Below, piece after piece: positions 38,096-52,453 of a DNA stretch of 64,000 nucleotides; position 1 is the stretch's first letter, and each line of letters opens with the position of its first letter. The notes below the pieces were generated by a model. The model saw only the letters and a program-made list of their open reading frames with translations, did no database searches and was not told the origin of the DNA. This DNA comes from Lingula anatina (taxonomy: Eukaryota > Animalia > Brachiopoda), in assembly GCA_051362555.1 (NCBI GenBank), contig CM120640.1, positions 3,038,001-3,102,000 of the forward strand, written 5' to 3'. A program made the translations under genes and the position numbers.

Positions 38096-39270
38096 ATGGG
38101 TGCCATGGCGTACTGGCACTTTCTCTTGGCTTTCTGTGTACTGTTGATCTGTAGAACGCTGGGTAACAGAGAAGGTGCTCATCTAGTTTTTTCCTCTAGT
38201 TTTACAGAAAATGGATTTGTTTCATGCGTAACAATATCTTATATATAAGAAGATAGGCCTAATGGTGTGAACGTGGCCCTGAAAAGTACTGAATTTTGAG
38301 AAATGGGTTAAAAGGATAGCAGCAGAGACCAATAAGCTCTCATATGCATAATAGCCCAATGTAAATTGTTTAATTGGAGTGCCAGTCATATCAGACTTGG
38401 ATAAGCCGTTCATGTATCGTGAAAGTAAGAAATCTAATCACCCTTTAACACTTGTAAAAACACTTGATTATCACATCTCATTTTACCTAATTTCATGAAG
38501 TATTTTTCTATCTTTTATTCTTCTTTTCCATCAGGTCGTGCAGTAACCGACTTCTACAATTACCGTGATGAGATGGCGCAAGCTGTGTGTGTTTCCATGA
38601 CGACTACCGGTGGAATATTTGCCGTACGAAGGCAGTGCGACTCCGGTCAGCCAAGCTGCGCTGACATATGTATCTCTGTCGGGTAGGTATACTCTGAAGA
38701 TTTTGATATAACAAAAGAAACAGAAACACTCATCTTGCACAGAGAGTTGGGTTATTGCACTTAATTATTCTTTTTCTTTTCTTTTCATCCTTTCTTTTCT
38801 TTTCTCTCTCTCTCTCTCTTTCTTTATTTCCCTCAGTTTTATTGTTTTTAACATTTGTGTTATCATGATATGTTTGTCAATGTCGGAGTTGTCAATTTAA
38901 AACCGTTACATCTTAAATTTAAAGATACATTCAATAAAGCACAATTCTTCCTACTTCGCTCTCAAAGCATACATATACATGATGCAGTCATACGTTCCAG
39001 TATATACAGGTTTCCAGCGTCAACGTATGTGTATACGACGTTTTTAATGTGACATTCACATGTGTACGTTAATATTTGTGAACATTGCTTTTAAGTTTAA
39101 TGTATATTTTCAGTAAGAATTGCTTTGGTGGACAGCACGTCTATGACAGCAATCGTCGCCTGTCCCCAGACCCCAGAGAGGACATAGGGACAGTGGGGCT
39201 GAAGATATACAGGTACAACGACTGCAGCACCCTCGGGTGTGGGCCCAATTACTGTTGCTGTAAAAATTAA
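38096..39270 (+). CDS. Secreted 10-Cys protein, copy C'. Exons 38096-38174, 38535-38682, 39114-39270
   Basis: Intact inverted paralog of C; the exon 3 peptide is identical. Confidence 0.88.
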
Positions 39271-40538
39271 GATTCCCGTCAAGCTGGCTAGAGAAATAAT
39301 GAAGGCAATCTACAAACTCTGGGTCTAGGTTACGGCCGCGCAACGTGCGATATCATCAGTTGATGAAAACTGTTTTTTTGATAAAATTAATGTTCCTGCG
39401 TAGTCTGTGAACCTGCACTGCGGTTGTAAAAAAATATATATAATGAACATATATAATGAATAGATATGCCTTTCAACATAGGTATTATTGAAGGTTATAG
39501 ACCTGAATATTGTTTTTTTTTTGTAATGAATTATGCATTACACAGAATTTGAAAATAAAAAGAATTTCCTAAAAAGCCAGACCATTATTTCATTTTGAAA
39601 ATTTTATATCAGTGGGGCCTCTCAATGATAGTACACGTACTGACGCAGAACACTTGATAAGTGAAGATGTACATGTACGGCTGATTTAGGATCATTTACT
39701 TCCTTAAAATGTATTTTTTTGCTCTAAAATAAATGCTGTAGAGATATTCAATGAATTATAAAAGATATGCAGCTTTAACGCAATTAAAAAATACATGTGC
39801 GCACAAAATCTCGAGAAAGCACCCACAACAATATCTTAATAATACTAAAAAGAATAAATAAATTTTAAATTATAAAATTAAATAGATAAACCCTTTAGAC
39901 CGTATATTCGGCAACATGTGGTATGTGACAAACAGAAAGTTTAAATATAAAGATATAAGGGAGCGATATGAATTGAAGACCAATAGATAAATCAATAGTA
40001 AATGAACCGTCGATTAGTGACAATGGCAACATGAAGAGGGCGACAATGAACATCTTCAACAAAATGTTTCAAGCATTACTTCAGGGCGAAGAACTTGATC
40101 AGTGGCAGTGTAATCACTCCGTTATTTCAAACTGTTGTCGCGAACACAACGAATGATAATGGCAATCAAGTGTTTCTTTCTTTCTTTCTTTTAACGCACT
40201 TTCACCCCAACACCCGAAATTACATTCTCATGCTCAATACATAACGTTTTGTACCATAAAATATTGAAGTACCTTTATTGATTCAAATAACAATGCCTTC
40301 AGCTAAAAATGACAGTAGATCGTTTGAACATTATCATCACCAGCGACTTGTTACAATTCTGTACTTTCTTTACATTGTGGCGTGAAGAAAATGGTTAACA
40401 GGCCCTTAACGCCACAGTGCACAGCTCTATGAGAGCAAACACAGACAATTTTTGTTTAATGACAATGTTTAAGTAAAAAATTAATGAACATTCCCGGTGG
40501 ACAATTTGTCTCAATTACCAAAGATGTGTGTCTAAATA

Positions 40539-42036
40539 ACAAGGCAGCAAAGCTGTCAAATGTACAGACAAAAAGAAGAAAAAATGATACACAAAATAGC
40601 TAACTGTCAATTCTGATGCAAAAGTACATTATGATTAACAGCAAAAGTCAACATCAAATTTTAATTATGTATAACAGTTAGAATGGACGTAAGTAAAATG
40701 TGTAACTAACATAAGGCTTCAGGTCCATGAAAGTTCAAGTTCATACTTTGAAAATGCCTTAAAATAGAAAATGAAAACTTCATACATTCAAGAAAAAATC
40801 ATAACCCAATCAAGCTGTATGTCAATCCTATGAACCATTCTTTTAAGCTACAAAATAATAAGTAACTTTCATAACATTTGCTGTGGCAGTGCACAAAGTA
40901 CATGTAGGTTTTTGACAATTTGGATGCAGTATTACATAATGATTAACAGCATAATCAACACCAATTTTTAATTACCTACTATACATAACACTGACACTCA
41001 GAAAATGTAAATACCATTCAGCTTTATGTCTGTTGGAGTTCTAAGTCTCACAATGAAAATGCCATATGTGAAAAATAAAAATTTCGCAAAGAACTGAATA
41101 GCTTCAAAAAAAAAAAAAAAAAGAATGTAACCATACTGGTTTTTCAACTCAAGCTACACTTCAGTCCCATGAATCTATTCAGTAGGTTTCATGGGCGGAT
41201 CCAGGATTATTTGAAGGGGCGGGGGGGGGGGGGGGGGGGGTCCGCGGATGGCGTGGGGTTCGGGGGACGCTGAAGGGCCACGAAAATTTTTGGTATTTTT
41301 GAGGGCGAACGGTGCCATTTGGTACGGTTTAGTAGTATAAATCAGCTAGTCAAAATTCTAATTCCAAGAGGGGGATATTAGTGTGATTTTTTTCAGAAAT
41401 CGAAAGGGGGGGGGTCAGGACCCCACTTATTGTGTTTTTAGTGTTGCATATATGCTGAAAAAAAGCATAACCTTTGAAAAATGTCCCGATCATGTTGATT
41501 TGCGAACACCACCTGCATTTTATGAATATTAAACAGTTCTGTAAGTTTCGAGCCAAAAGGAAAAAAAAGGTTTTCCACTTATCGTGTTATCGGTAAAAGT
41601 GCACGGTGACGGCGACGACGGCGACGACAGACGCAGGTGACTGCTATATGTACATAAAAACAGCATAACTTCCATAAAAATGGCCCGATCATGCTAATTT
41701 TCGAACTTGACCTGTGTATTATAAATATTCATCAGATCTGTAAGTTTCAAGCCAAAAGGTAAAACGGTTTTCTCTATTTCGTGTTATCGGTGTTGCATCG
41801 ATGTTGAAAAACGTGAAAAAAAAACGGCATAACTTTAGTAAAAATTGCCTGATCATGCTGATTTTCGAACTAGACCTGCGTATTATGAATTATTATCATT
41901 TCTGTCAGTTTCAAGCCAAAAGGTAAAACGGTTTTCCACTTATCGTGTTGTCGGTGAAAGTGCACGGCGACGGCGACGACGGATACGACAGATGCAGGTG
42001 ACGGCAGTATGTACAGACACATCTGCGTATGTACAT
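40539..42036 (-). mobile_element. Helentron-associated (HINE/DINE-1-like) non-autonomous element, right arm only
   Basis: Inserted at AA/TT relative to the empty site near 14790. Terminal hairpin CAGCAAAGCTG, subterminal ATGTACAGACA, an inverted ...TGTACAT at the other end, CGACGG microsatellite and internal tandem units. Confidence 0.7.
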
Positions 42037-42642
42037 AAAAAGGAAATCAAACATTTTAAATTTGGAAATTATTGAAGTCTTATATTCCAATACCCGTCTG
42101 AACTAAAAAGCGTTGAAAATAAGACAGGGGAAAGAAATGTAGATTAAGCGTCTCACCAGGAGTTTTAATCGCTATTTCTTACAATCTATTACAATGATTA
42201 TTAAACAATGATTTGCAAGGAAAATTTTTTCGGGTAAAATGCACAGATGCATAAAGTAAAATATTGACAGTGGTTAATTTTACACAAAGAGTTCAGAATA
42301 AGCAAAAAAGTTGATATGGTGTATTATTCCTTTTACTGTATGAAGTGTGTACACGGAAGATATCTCTTCTTGCTGTATTTTGAACAATGATCAAAGGTGT
42401 GCCGACCACGTATAGAGATGTATAGCAATACTTATTAGCCATACAATGTAAAAACGCACATTTCTTGGAATAAGCTCATACTTTTGTAAATTCTATTGAT
42501 TACTTTATCGATTGGAATTTCCATGCCAACTGATTTATTTGGATCTACAAATAACTGCTACAAACCTTATTTGATTTTCTCATTGCTACAGTGTATTACA
42601 CAGCCGTCTTGTTATAGCTGACGTTTGTTTCTCCCCGGCAAG

Positions 42643-44059
42643 ATGCTCTGTTTCCAACAGAAAGGGATTATATCTCTTTTACTGGTATATGGTGTGTATG
42701 TAACTTCAAACACTAGATACATGCAAAAGGAATGGAAGGGACTGAGAAATAAGCAGTTTACAGGTTCGCAAACTATAACCAAAGACAATTCTAGCGGCAC
42801 TAAGTGCGCCATCGCTTGCTGGAAGATGGACGTTTGTAACGCTATGAGTTATAGTGCCTCGACCAGAACGTGCAAGCTGCATACTGGGGCCGACCTGGAA
42901 GGCACCCTCCTGCAGGACCCGGAATGGGTGTATTTCCCCTGGCGAGGTGAGTGAGGGAATGGGTAGGAAGGCGATGTGAAGAGGTGAAGTAAATGAGATT
43001 ATAGTTTGTGCATCCCTTGGGTTGCTATATCCATTTTTGATCATCCGAACTAATATTACATGTACTAGTCTAAACACTTAATGCTGATTCTTTTTTGCTT
43101 AGAGATATTTTGGGAGAATGTTCATGTTGTTTTTGATAAACCATTTGAAATATATGAACTTAAGTTCTAGATTATTGAAGCACATTATCTAACACTTTTT
43201 CATGCAAAAATCTGTTCTTATTTTGTGTAACAAGGAATTGCCACTTATTAGCTGATATTTGTAAAGTTTCCAAATATTGCATCTATAGGTTTATTTCGAG
43301 TCCTATACTAACGACAGTTTTGAGTCAGTAAAACAGAACCGTTAGAAGGGAAGCTATGAATATAGTTTGCATGTAACCAACATATTTCTGAAAGTGCATA
43401 CAGCAAGTTTAACAAATAGTTTCATATAGCTGATCATAATAGTTTATGTGTCCTAAGTTCCTAAGGGCTAAATGACTAAATGCTTGTAAATCTTTGTGTC
43501 CAGGTTTCGAGGAATCTGACTACTACAATTATTACGATGAGATGATGACCGCAGCTTGCACCGCAATGAACTCGGCGGGAGGTTTGACGTTTGCTCCAAG
43601 AGCTAACAGCGGAACAGATTGCGGCACTATGTGCACCACCTGGGGGCAGGCAGACGCGGAATTAGCTGGATACAGGTATGCTCATTTTTATTGGTGACAC
43701 ATCTTTCAAAACAAAGGGTTTTTAATGCGCGTTTGTTATAACTAGACTAAAACACTTCTTGGATTAACAAGAGGACAAGAGATGAGTGTTGTGACCTTGA
43801 TCTAACACTTGGATATGCAATGTAGTGTTTTAAAATTAATTAGCAGTACATGTATAAATATTTATTTTTTTCTTTTACAAATTTCAGCACCTTCCATTGT
43901 GTCGGTTGGTTATCTGTCAACATAAACGCAACCCGGCTCTCGGCGACCTATCAACAGGACACTTACCTAACTGGACTGGGAACACACAGAAGTATGAACT
44001 GCGGACAGCTGACCAATGGCCTAAACGCTCAGTCATATTGCTGTTGTCGCGCTAGTTAA
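42643..44059 (+). CDS. Secreted PAN/apple-like + Cys-rich domain protein, copy B'. Exons 42643-42946, 43504-43675, 43888-44059
   Basis: Intact inverted paralog of B. Confidence 0.87.
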
Positions 44060-44926
44060 ACGATGTTGGGTGTGTCACTGTATAATTACCCACGCTATAA
44101 CTTTCAGGTGTCTATAGATGTGTCATTTTGTTAAAACCAGTGTAATTTAATGTGGAAAAATATACCGTCTGATTTCAGGGGTTTCTAAAATAGTATACGT
44201 GTGTACTTGGACATAATAACGAATATTAAGTCCAAGGTGTGTACAAAAATTATGAAAGTGCCATAAAACTATTTTGTAACGGCCTACTAGCGCACCCTGT
44301 GGGCAGAGAGTACTAAGAATTCTCTTTACGCACTGTATACCACTCTTTTGATAGAGCTGTTATTTTGATCTTTAACAGGACCGTATATTGTTATATCCGA
44401 TGGGCAGTGACACTTCTCTGTCAAAAATTGATGGTACTGAGCGCAACGTAGGATTATTGCTGTAATACTACGTCAAGAATTAGAGTTTTTGAACCTACAC
44501 CAAGAAGGTTATTGGCATTATTGGTTTGTTAGTTAACAAGCTTACTCAAAAAGGACGGATTTTGAATAGACACGAATTGGAAAAATTACAATATGTTTAA
44601 GTTTGGTCGTGAACAATTAATTTTGATAATGATGATAATTTTGATTAATTATAATAATGAAGCTGCCTTGGCGGAGGTCTGCGTTCTGGTTTTCTTATAA
44701 GTGATATTACACAACTGGATGAATCACAACATCACACTCCCACCGCAGTGATACTTAGAAGCATATTTTGTGATAAATTACATTTGGTATTCTGGATATG
44801 CCGGGTATTGCATCCAATCCATGTATAATGTAATTTTAGCTTAAATGGATAAATATGGATAAATATTGCGATGATACATTCCTTTTTTCACAAGCAGAAT
44901 GACTGATGTAAAATATAGTTTTCATA

Positions 44927-45116
44927 CACCCCATTTCCATAGATTAGATCGACCTACTTTAGATCGACCTAACTCCCTGGGGGTTCACGCTAAATAGCTG
45001 TCAGCCGGGCGGACACGAAAGTTAATTACCCCCTTACAGCTTGTAGTAGACTCCCCTTACAGTTTGTGAGACTCCCCGCGGGGATAGATCGATCTAAAAT
45101 CTATGGGAATAGAGCC
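44927..45116. mobile_element. Small MITE, right arm only, probable 3-bp ATA TSD
   Basis: Imperfect inverted repeat ATTTCCATAGATTAGATCGA / TCGATCTAAAATCTATGGGAAT; empty site near 11373. Confidence 0.6.
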
Positions 45117-45150
45117 ATAGACTAATAAAAATGTTAAAGGCAACGATGTC

Positions 45151-45313
45151 AAACGATGGAGGGATGAATTAGATGACTACTGGAAGTCTTGGAAGAAGAA
45201 ACCTTGGCCAAACTGGAAATCTGAGGCTCAGGATAGGAAACAATGGAAAAAGCATGCTGAGGCCTTTGTCCAACAGTGGAACACTATAGGCTCTAAATGA
45301 TGATGATGATGAT
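45151..45313 (+). mobile_element. Severely 5'-truncated RTE-like LINE 3' end with a (GAT)n tail
   Basis: Translates as KRWRDELDDYWKSWKKKPWPNWKSEAQDRKQWKKHAEAFVQQW; GATGTC is duplicated on both sides; empty site near 11342. Confidence 0.8.
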
Positions 45314-45680
45314 GATGTCTTTTTTTGTGGTGATACATTTCTTTTTATTCCAAGCAGAGTGACTGTTGTGAAGCACAGTCTTCACAGATTGAAAAATCAA
45401 TATAAAAGGCAACGATGTCTAATGAGCGTGAATTGCTTTCTGGTATTGATGGAACTTTTTACTGTAAAGATGCAACTTATTATTTATTTAGTTAGTTTGT
45501 TCAATATCTAACACCTCTTGTCCCAGACAAATATTTATAGCACAAACAAATGATGATACAGTATACATAGTTAAAATGACAAGGGAAGAAAAAATGAGTT
45601 CCTTTGCATTGGGATATTGCCACCACGATGTTAGCGTTCCACAAATAAGACCACAGAAGGCGTTTGATTGTAAATATCAA

Positions 45681-48204
45681 ACAAGGCAACAAAGCTGCCA
45701 AATGTACAGACAAAAACAGAAAATAAAGATGCAGAAAATAGGTCATTTTGTCATTTTTGATGCAATAATATATAATGCTTATAATTGCATAGTCAATCAA
45801 CACTGGATTTTAATCATGCACAACAGGTAACATGGTCAATAACAGGAGCGGATTCAGAGATATTTTCTGACAGTATTCCAAATAATTTTTGTTGATCCAT
45901 CCTCCATTTTTGATGGTCTTCCAACAGAGAAAATAGATACCCGTCGATGTAAACTTAAAAATCTGACCATCTTCCGGAAGACCCAGAAGACGGTCTCAAA
46001 CCGCCCGTGCAATAAGATTACAGTTTCGGGACCATGAGAGTTCAAACTCACATAATGGAAATCCCAATATTTGAAAAATGACGACAGTGCATAAAATGAT
46101 ATTACATCATGTTTAAAGACATAAATACCAATACAACTGCTTATGTGGAAATACAGAAAATGTGCAGAGCTTCAGGTGGATGGGAGTTAAAAGTCACATC
46201 TTGAAAATGCCAGTGTTTGAAAAAAATTAAAAAGAAAGCATAACAAAAATATTCCTATAAAGCTGCTATTCAAACTTTTTAATCTTGCTGTATTAACATG
46301 ATATGAATAACCTAATTGTGTTTGAGGATAATAAGACACTGTTATTCATCTATAGCATTAAATGTTGGCATTACACAAAAATATTTTATTTGAAAACTTA
46401 TTTGCAATATTAAACTACATTTACCTGCATACTTATCACTGCTTCCTTGTTATGGACACTGTTTTCTGGCAGAGAGCTTTACCAATGGGAGTTTACAGGG
46501 AAATCTCAACAGGTGTCTTTTATGTAATCTCATTTAATGGCCACTTGAAACTTAATTAGGAAAGTGACTTTATAGCTCTGAACGTAGCCAGTGATTACCC
46601 AAGGGAAAATTACAGACTGACACCCAAATGTGACTAGAAAAGGTCTTCAGGCTCATGAAATTTCTAAGTCACACCTTTAAAAAAAGCAAAAAATAATAAT
46701 GCACAAAATAAGAGACTGTCAATTCTGATGCAATAATACATTATGCTTAACTGCACAGTCAACATCAAAATGTAATTATGCACAACAGGTAATTGGATTT
46801 TTTTCAATTTTGATGCAACATAACATAATGCTTAACAGTAAAATGACCATAAATTGTTAATAGCTAAATAGAAAATGTGTTTTGCAAAGGTCTTCAAGCC
46901 CATGGAGGTTCAAAGTCACACCTTGAAAAGGTCAATATGTGAAAAATCAAATTTGCACAAAAAATGTATAACATCCAGAAAAATTAACCAATAAGACAGA
47001 TTTTCCACATGAAGCTGTATTTAATGCCCATGTTTCTTTCCTGTAAGTGTGAGCTGAGAAGAGTAAGTGACATGGTTTTCCTTTAATGGTCACTATGGAG
47101 GCAGTGCCCACAATAGGGTTTTCTTCAATTTTGATCCAATATTACATAATGCTTAACAGCATAATGACCATCAATTTTTAATTTTAAAATAAAAGTATCA
47201 TAGGTATTCAGAAAATGTGACTAGCAAAAGTCTTCAAGGCCATATAAGTTCAGAGTTAAACCTTGAAAATGCCTAAATGTAAACAAGAGATATCTGTACT
47301 GAAATGGGTTTATTCCCATTTTCAACACTTTTCACATAACACAAATTTATCAATTTACTGTCATTTTCATATGATCAACTAAGAAAATTGTTGACATAAG
47401 AAAAATATCAATAGAACAATTTTAAATGTCCAATTTGCTCCATTCTGAGATTCTGAACATAGTGAATGATCGAATCTGACAAACTGATATGAACTTATTT
47501 CCATTTTGACACTTTATTCCACAATACAGGTTTAGCATCATTGTTATATAATCAACTAACATTATTGTAAAGATGCAGAAAATGTTAAAAGAACACTTTT
47601 ACCTTTCTAATTAGTTCAATAATGAGACTCTTCACATGCCTAAGAATTAAAAACCACTTATACAAAAAAGGCATAATTTCATCAAAACTTAACTGATCAA
47701 GCTTATTTAGGAACTTGATCTGTATATATTAGTAAGAGTGATCACTCCTGTGACTTGCAAGACTATAGACAGATCTGTTTTTCTTGAAATGTGTTATCAG
47801 TGTTGAATATATGCTGAAAAAAGCGAAAAAACGGCATAACTTTTGTAAAAATGGTCCAATCAAGCTGATTTTCAAACTTGACCTGTAATGTACTGAGTAG
47901 TAAGATTGATCACTCCTGTAGGTTTTAAGACAAAAGGCTTATTGGTTTTCCTTAAAATGAGCTATCAGTGTTGCATATATGCTGAAAAAAGGGAGAAAAA
48001 ACATAACTGTTGAAAAAAATGGCCCGACCATGCTCTTTTCGAACTTGACCTGCGTTTTATGATTACTCATCAGTTCTGTACGTTTCAATCTAAAAAGTCA
48101 AATGTGTTTCCACTTATCGTGTTATCGGTGAAAGTGCACGACGAAGGCGACGACGGATACGACAGGTGACGGCTATATGTACAGACACATCTATGTCTGT
48201 ACAT
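45681..48204 (-). mobile_element. Second HINE/Helentron-type element of the same family, right arm only
   Basis: Same termini (ACAAGGCAACAAAGCTGCCAAATGTACAGACA ... ATGTACAGACACATCTATGTCTGTACAT), inserted in AA/TT; empty site near 10950. Confidence 0.72.
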
Positions 48205-48565
48205 AATGACAGAGTAAGTGCAGATAAAGCAAACGGATATTTTCCTGATTAACTTGCTAAAAGAAAAAAAGAAGATCAATACAAATAATTAAAGTGAAAC
48301 TGTAGTAGGCCAATACACGGTGTTCGTAGTTTGTTTGAATTTAAGAATCCGTTGGTCAAATGTTGAGATTTACTTTATAATTTAGCGTTACAAAAGCACG
48401 ACAACAGAAGTCGAAATTTTACCGGCAAAACACTGTTTCAGATCTAGGGCCCTGTCGGTCTCGCTTACCATTTTACTGATAAAAACTGCTGCGCAATATC
48501 AAAGACCAGATTGTCACCTAGGAATAACAGTAGAACAACTTTGCAAATATCAAGACAGACGGTCA

Positions 48566-48925
48566 ATGGCTAAAGCGGCAGGATTCCTGGTCGTCGTTCT
48601 GTGTGTAAATCTGATGGCAGTAGCAGCCAACGAGATGGGTAATTACTGGTTTTTGTTCTACATATTAAGGTTATTAAGTCGGTAGAGGACCGAGTTTTTA
48701 AACTGGATATATTCGATTGCGTTTTTTTTTTATTGACACAATACATCACGAATACATGACAATACAAAAACAAACAAACAAACACTTGCTCACACACTCA
48801 CACATATATAATAAGTTATTCGATTGAGTTTTATTAAATAATAATAATTATGTTTATTGAGCACTAAATGTGTAAATGGCTTGACATTTGCGGCTCAAAA
48901 ATCTGTAAGAGTAGTAGTAGTAGTA

Positions 48926-48981
<56 letters not shown>

Positions 48982-51900
48982 TGGACAATAGAAGTGTCAC
49001 CCCCTAAATCAGAGTAATAAAAGTAGGCAGATCTTGGGTAGTTATAATGTCTGGTCTACTTATGATGTGACTAATGAGTATAAAACCGCTATACCATGGA
49101 ATTGTATTGTTGGTCTTGTACATGTACAGCAAATTTTATTCCTGTCTTCCTCCAACATGGCAATTATCTAACGGTTATAGGTGCAAGTTATTAACCTGAA
49201 GAGGCGGAATATAAGCAATGTCAAAATATCGATACAATTGAATTCTTCAGTCAGAACCATGCAGAGGGTCTGGTCTCGGTATAGAAACACTGGATCAAGA
49301 GACAAATTGCCTCTGATGGGTCGTCCAAAAAAACTACTAGCCGTGAAGACCGACGACTGATTTTGATGTCCAGGTTGTCAAAGTTTTACAGTGCTTGTCA
49401 GTTGACAACACAGTGGAACAATTTCACACATAAGAATCTGTCTGTGAAAATTGCTAGGTATCGGTTACGTGCTCAGAGAGTGTACAGCAGGGTAGCAAGA
49501 CTGAAACCTTTTATTCGTTACAAAACGGGCAACTTAGAGTAAACTAGGGTGAACAGGATCTGGAACTGGACAGTCCATGACAATTGGTCCTAAATATTTT
49601 TTTTCTGATGAGTGTCGCTTTTGTCTGACCTCTGATGACAGACGGGTACGATGATGGCGAACTGCTGGTAAAGCATTTAAACCACATGCACTGAATTTTC
49701 GAACCCGGAGCAGCATATTTATTATGGTGTGGGACTGCATCAGCATCCATGGCGTGGGCAAATTGATAGTGGTTGATGGAAACATGAATCACTAGAAATA
49801 TATCGATGTTTTGTAGTCAGGCTTGCTACCATCTATTACTAACATGTTTGGTAACAGGAATTATCCGTTTGTTCAACAGGATGACAATGCTCCTTGTCAT
49901 AGGCCCAGAGCAGTTGATGATTGGTTTGACCAACAGGACATTCGCAGGGTGATGTGGCCTGCCCAGAGTCCGGATGCAAACATAATAGAAAATGTGTGAA
50001 TTGATATGTGAAAACTTTTTACAAATGCCCGTCTAACCAGCAGAGAAACTCTGTTATATTCAGTGTTTCATGCTTGGGCCAGCATAAGCCCTGAACGCAT
50101 CAGACAATTATATGAATCCTTGCCTCGTCGACTGGCACCTATTATTTGGTCACGTGGCTTTGTCACTAAGTACTAATTTTGGACTTGAAATGCATATTTT
50201 AGTAGAATGTATATTTTGTTCTCATGTTGTGATTTTTTGTTAAATTTGATGTTAATAAAATGATACCAGGAGCATATAATTCCACAGACATTTAACTCCC
50301 CCATAGTATTGGTTCAGTAGGGGTGACACTTCTATTGTCCAGTGTGTGTATATATATATATATGGGCGATGGGTTGGAGAGAATGGCATGGGGAAGGAGG
50401 GGGCAATTTGTTGGAGAGAAGGGCATGGGGAAGGAGGGGGCGATGGGTTGGAGAGAAGGGCATGGGGAAGGAGGGGGCGATTTGTTGTAGAGAATGGCAT
50501 GGGGAAGGAGGGGGCGGTGGGTTGGAGAGAAGGGCATGGGGAAGGAGGGGGCGATGGGTTGGAGAGAATGGGCATGGGGAATGGACCTGGTGGATGGAAG
50601 GGCCCGAGGAAGGGGGAAGGACGATGGGCTACAGGACGTATAGCATGGACGTTCATTGTTTGTTTATCATCGCAGTGGGAGGTGGAGAAGGCAGTGCACG
50701 TAGCTGTTATTGTACCTTCAGGTAACCGAGAATCCGATTACTACAACTGGATGGACGAAATTGCCCAGGCAGCCTGTACCGGTATTATGACCGTAGATGG
50801 GACAGTACACGCCGTGCGGAGCTTATGTGCTACAGGCCAGCTGGCTTGTTCCGACGTATGCACCAACCTAAGGTATAACGCTCTTTATCTCTTAGAACCT
50901 TAGGGAGTTGGGATACGGTAAATGGTAGTTTTCAAATTTTAGTGAAACAGCACTAAACCTGTACACCAGAGATTCATTAAAATCGACTACTACCCTTTAA
51001 AACACTATAAAAAATCGATAAGTGGAAAATTGCGTTTTAAATTACCACAATTCAATGTGCAAACACGAAGTTACAGGTCTAGGTCACGTGATCCTGTGGC
51101 GCAATCCAGTATGTGATAATGAGCCATGCGCGATGCGGGCAAAGGATCTTTATATTTACCTTGACAAAAGATCCAGACTTATTGAAATGTGAGCAGAAAA
51201 AGCCTTCCAAGTCATGGGGTAAAATGCGAATTACCCCTACTAACAAACCTTAAATCTTCCTTTTCTGACACTTGCCATAATTCTATCACAGTTTTGAAAA
51301 AGGCGAAAGATCATACTTGCCGCGACCAGAGTTATTTTCAAACTGTATTAAGAGCGCTTACTGCCGAGGCTGGGCAGGGGACAGTGAATATGGTTAGTTT
51401 TGAGATATTGATTAAGGCCAATTATCCATTAGTATACGTTTTAAAAGCTTTAATTGTCTTCATATAAGTTCAATAAGAAGTTATTCATTAACTTAAAATA
51501 CTGGCTTAGATCAGAACGGACATTTTCAAACAAACCACACACTCAAGACTTTGCTCTGATCACTTTGAAAGAGGTATGGCGAAATTTCTAGATCCCCGGA
51601 CATTTCTTCCATCTCGAATTAGTACAATGCTCTGAGAGCAGCTTCTCGAAATACGTCACCCGACCACGTGACCGTGTACTCATTAACTTTCTCTTACAGT
51701 CGGTTTCCGGCCTACTTAACCCAAAACGAGGCTCTCATGAAGGACTGGGGTAAAACAATCGGCTGCGCCCATTGTTCACAATGTTAGACTGATGAACTTT
51801 GTTCAAATCAAACGTACCAGTGGACAATTACTTGTGACAGCCGTTTGATCATATTCACTTGGGTATTTAGCGTCAGTCAAGGGCCATCAGGAGGGTTTTC

Positions 51901-52405
51901 TAGAGCTGTTGGTGATTTTATCAGAGATTATACCAACACTTTTCCAGACACACTTACCCCAGACACATGTTGTAATAGGCATATTTTATTGTCTGTAAAG
52001 AGTATATCTGTGAACAAATATGCTTGACAACTATTTGTTTTTAAGTAATGTTTTCATTTTAAGGACATCAGACTAAATATCACAATACAAAGTTTGATAT
52101 ATAAAAATCCGAATTTAATACATATTCTTCTGTCATAAATCACTTTGAATTCTCAAACAAAATGCAAAATGCAAGATGCTATAAAACTTGTTGACTTTAA
52201 ATCCACATTTTATTTCTACCTGTAAGGTATGTAAGAAAGAAGTTATAAAACTTCTTGATCTAAGTTGTAAAGTAATATTCTGAATAAACATTTGTACAGT
52301 AAAAATGAATGGGAATGTCAATGATATAAAGCTTGTTAGCGAATGCATCAATAATGTCAAAAGAATAAAAGACTGAAACCATAACAAAAATTGGATTGCT
52401 GATTT

Positions 52406-52453
<48 letters not shown>

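Noticed and set aside
50252-50721. Gly/Pro-rich ORFs on both strands
   Set aside because: Translations of the 37-bp minisatellite in an intron.
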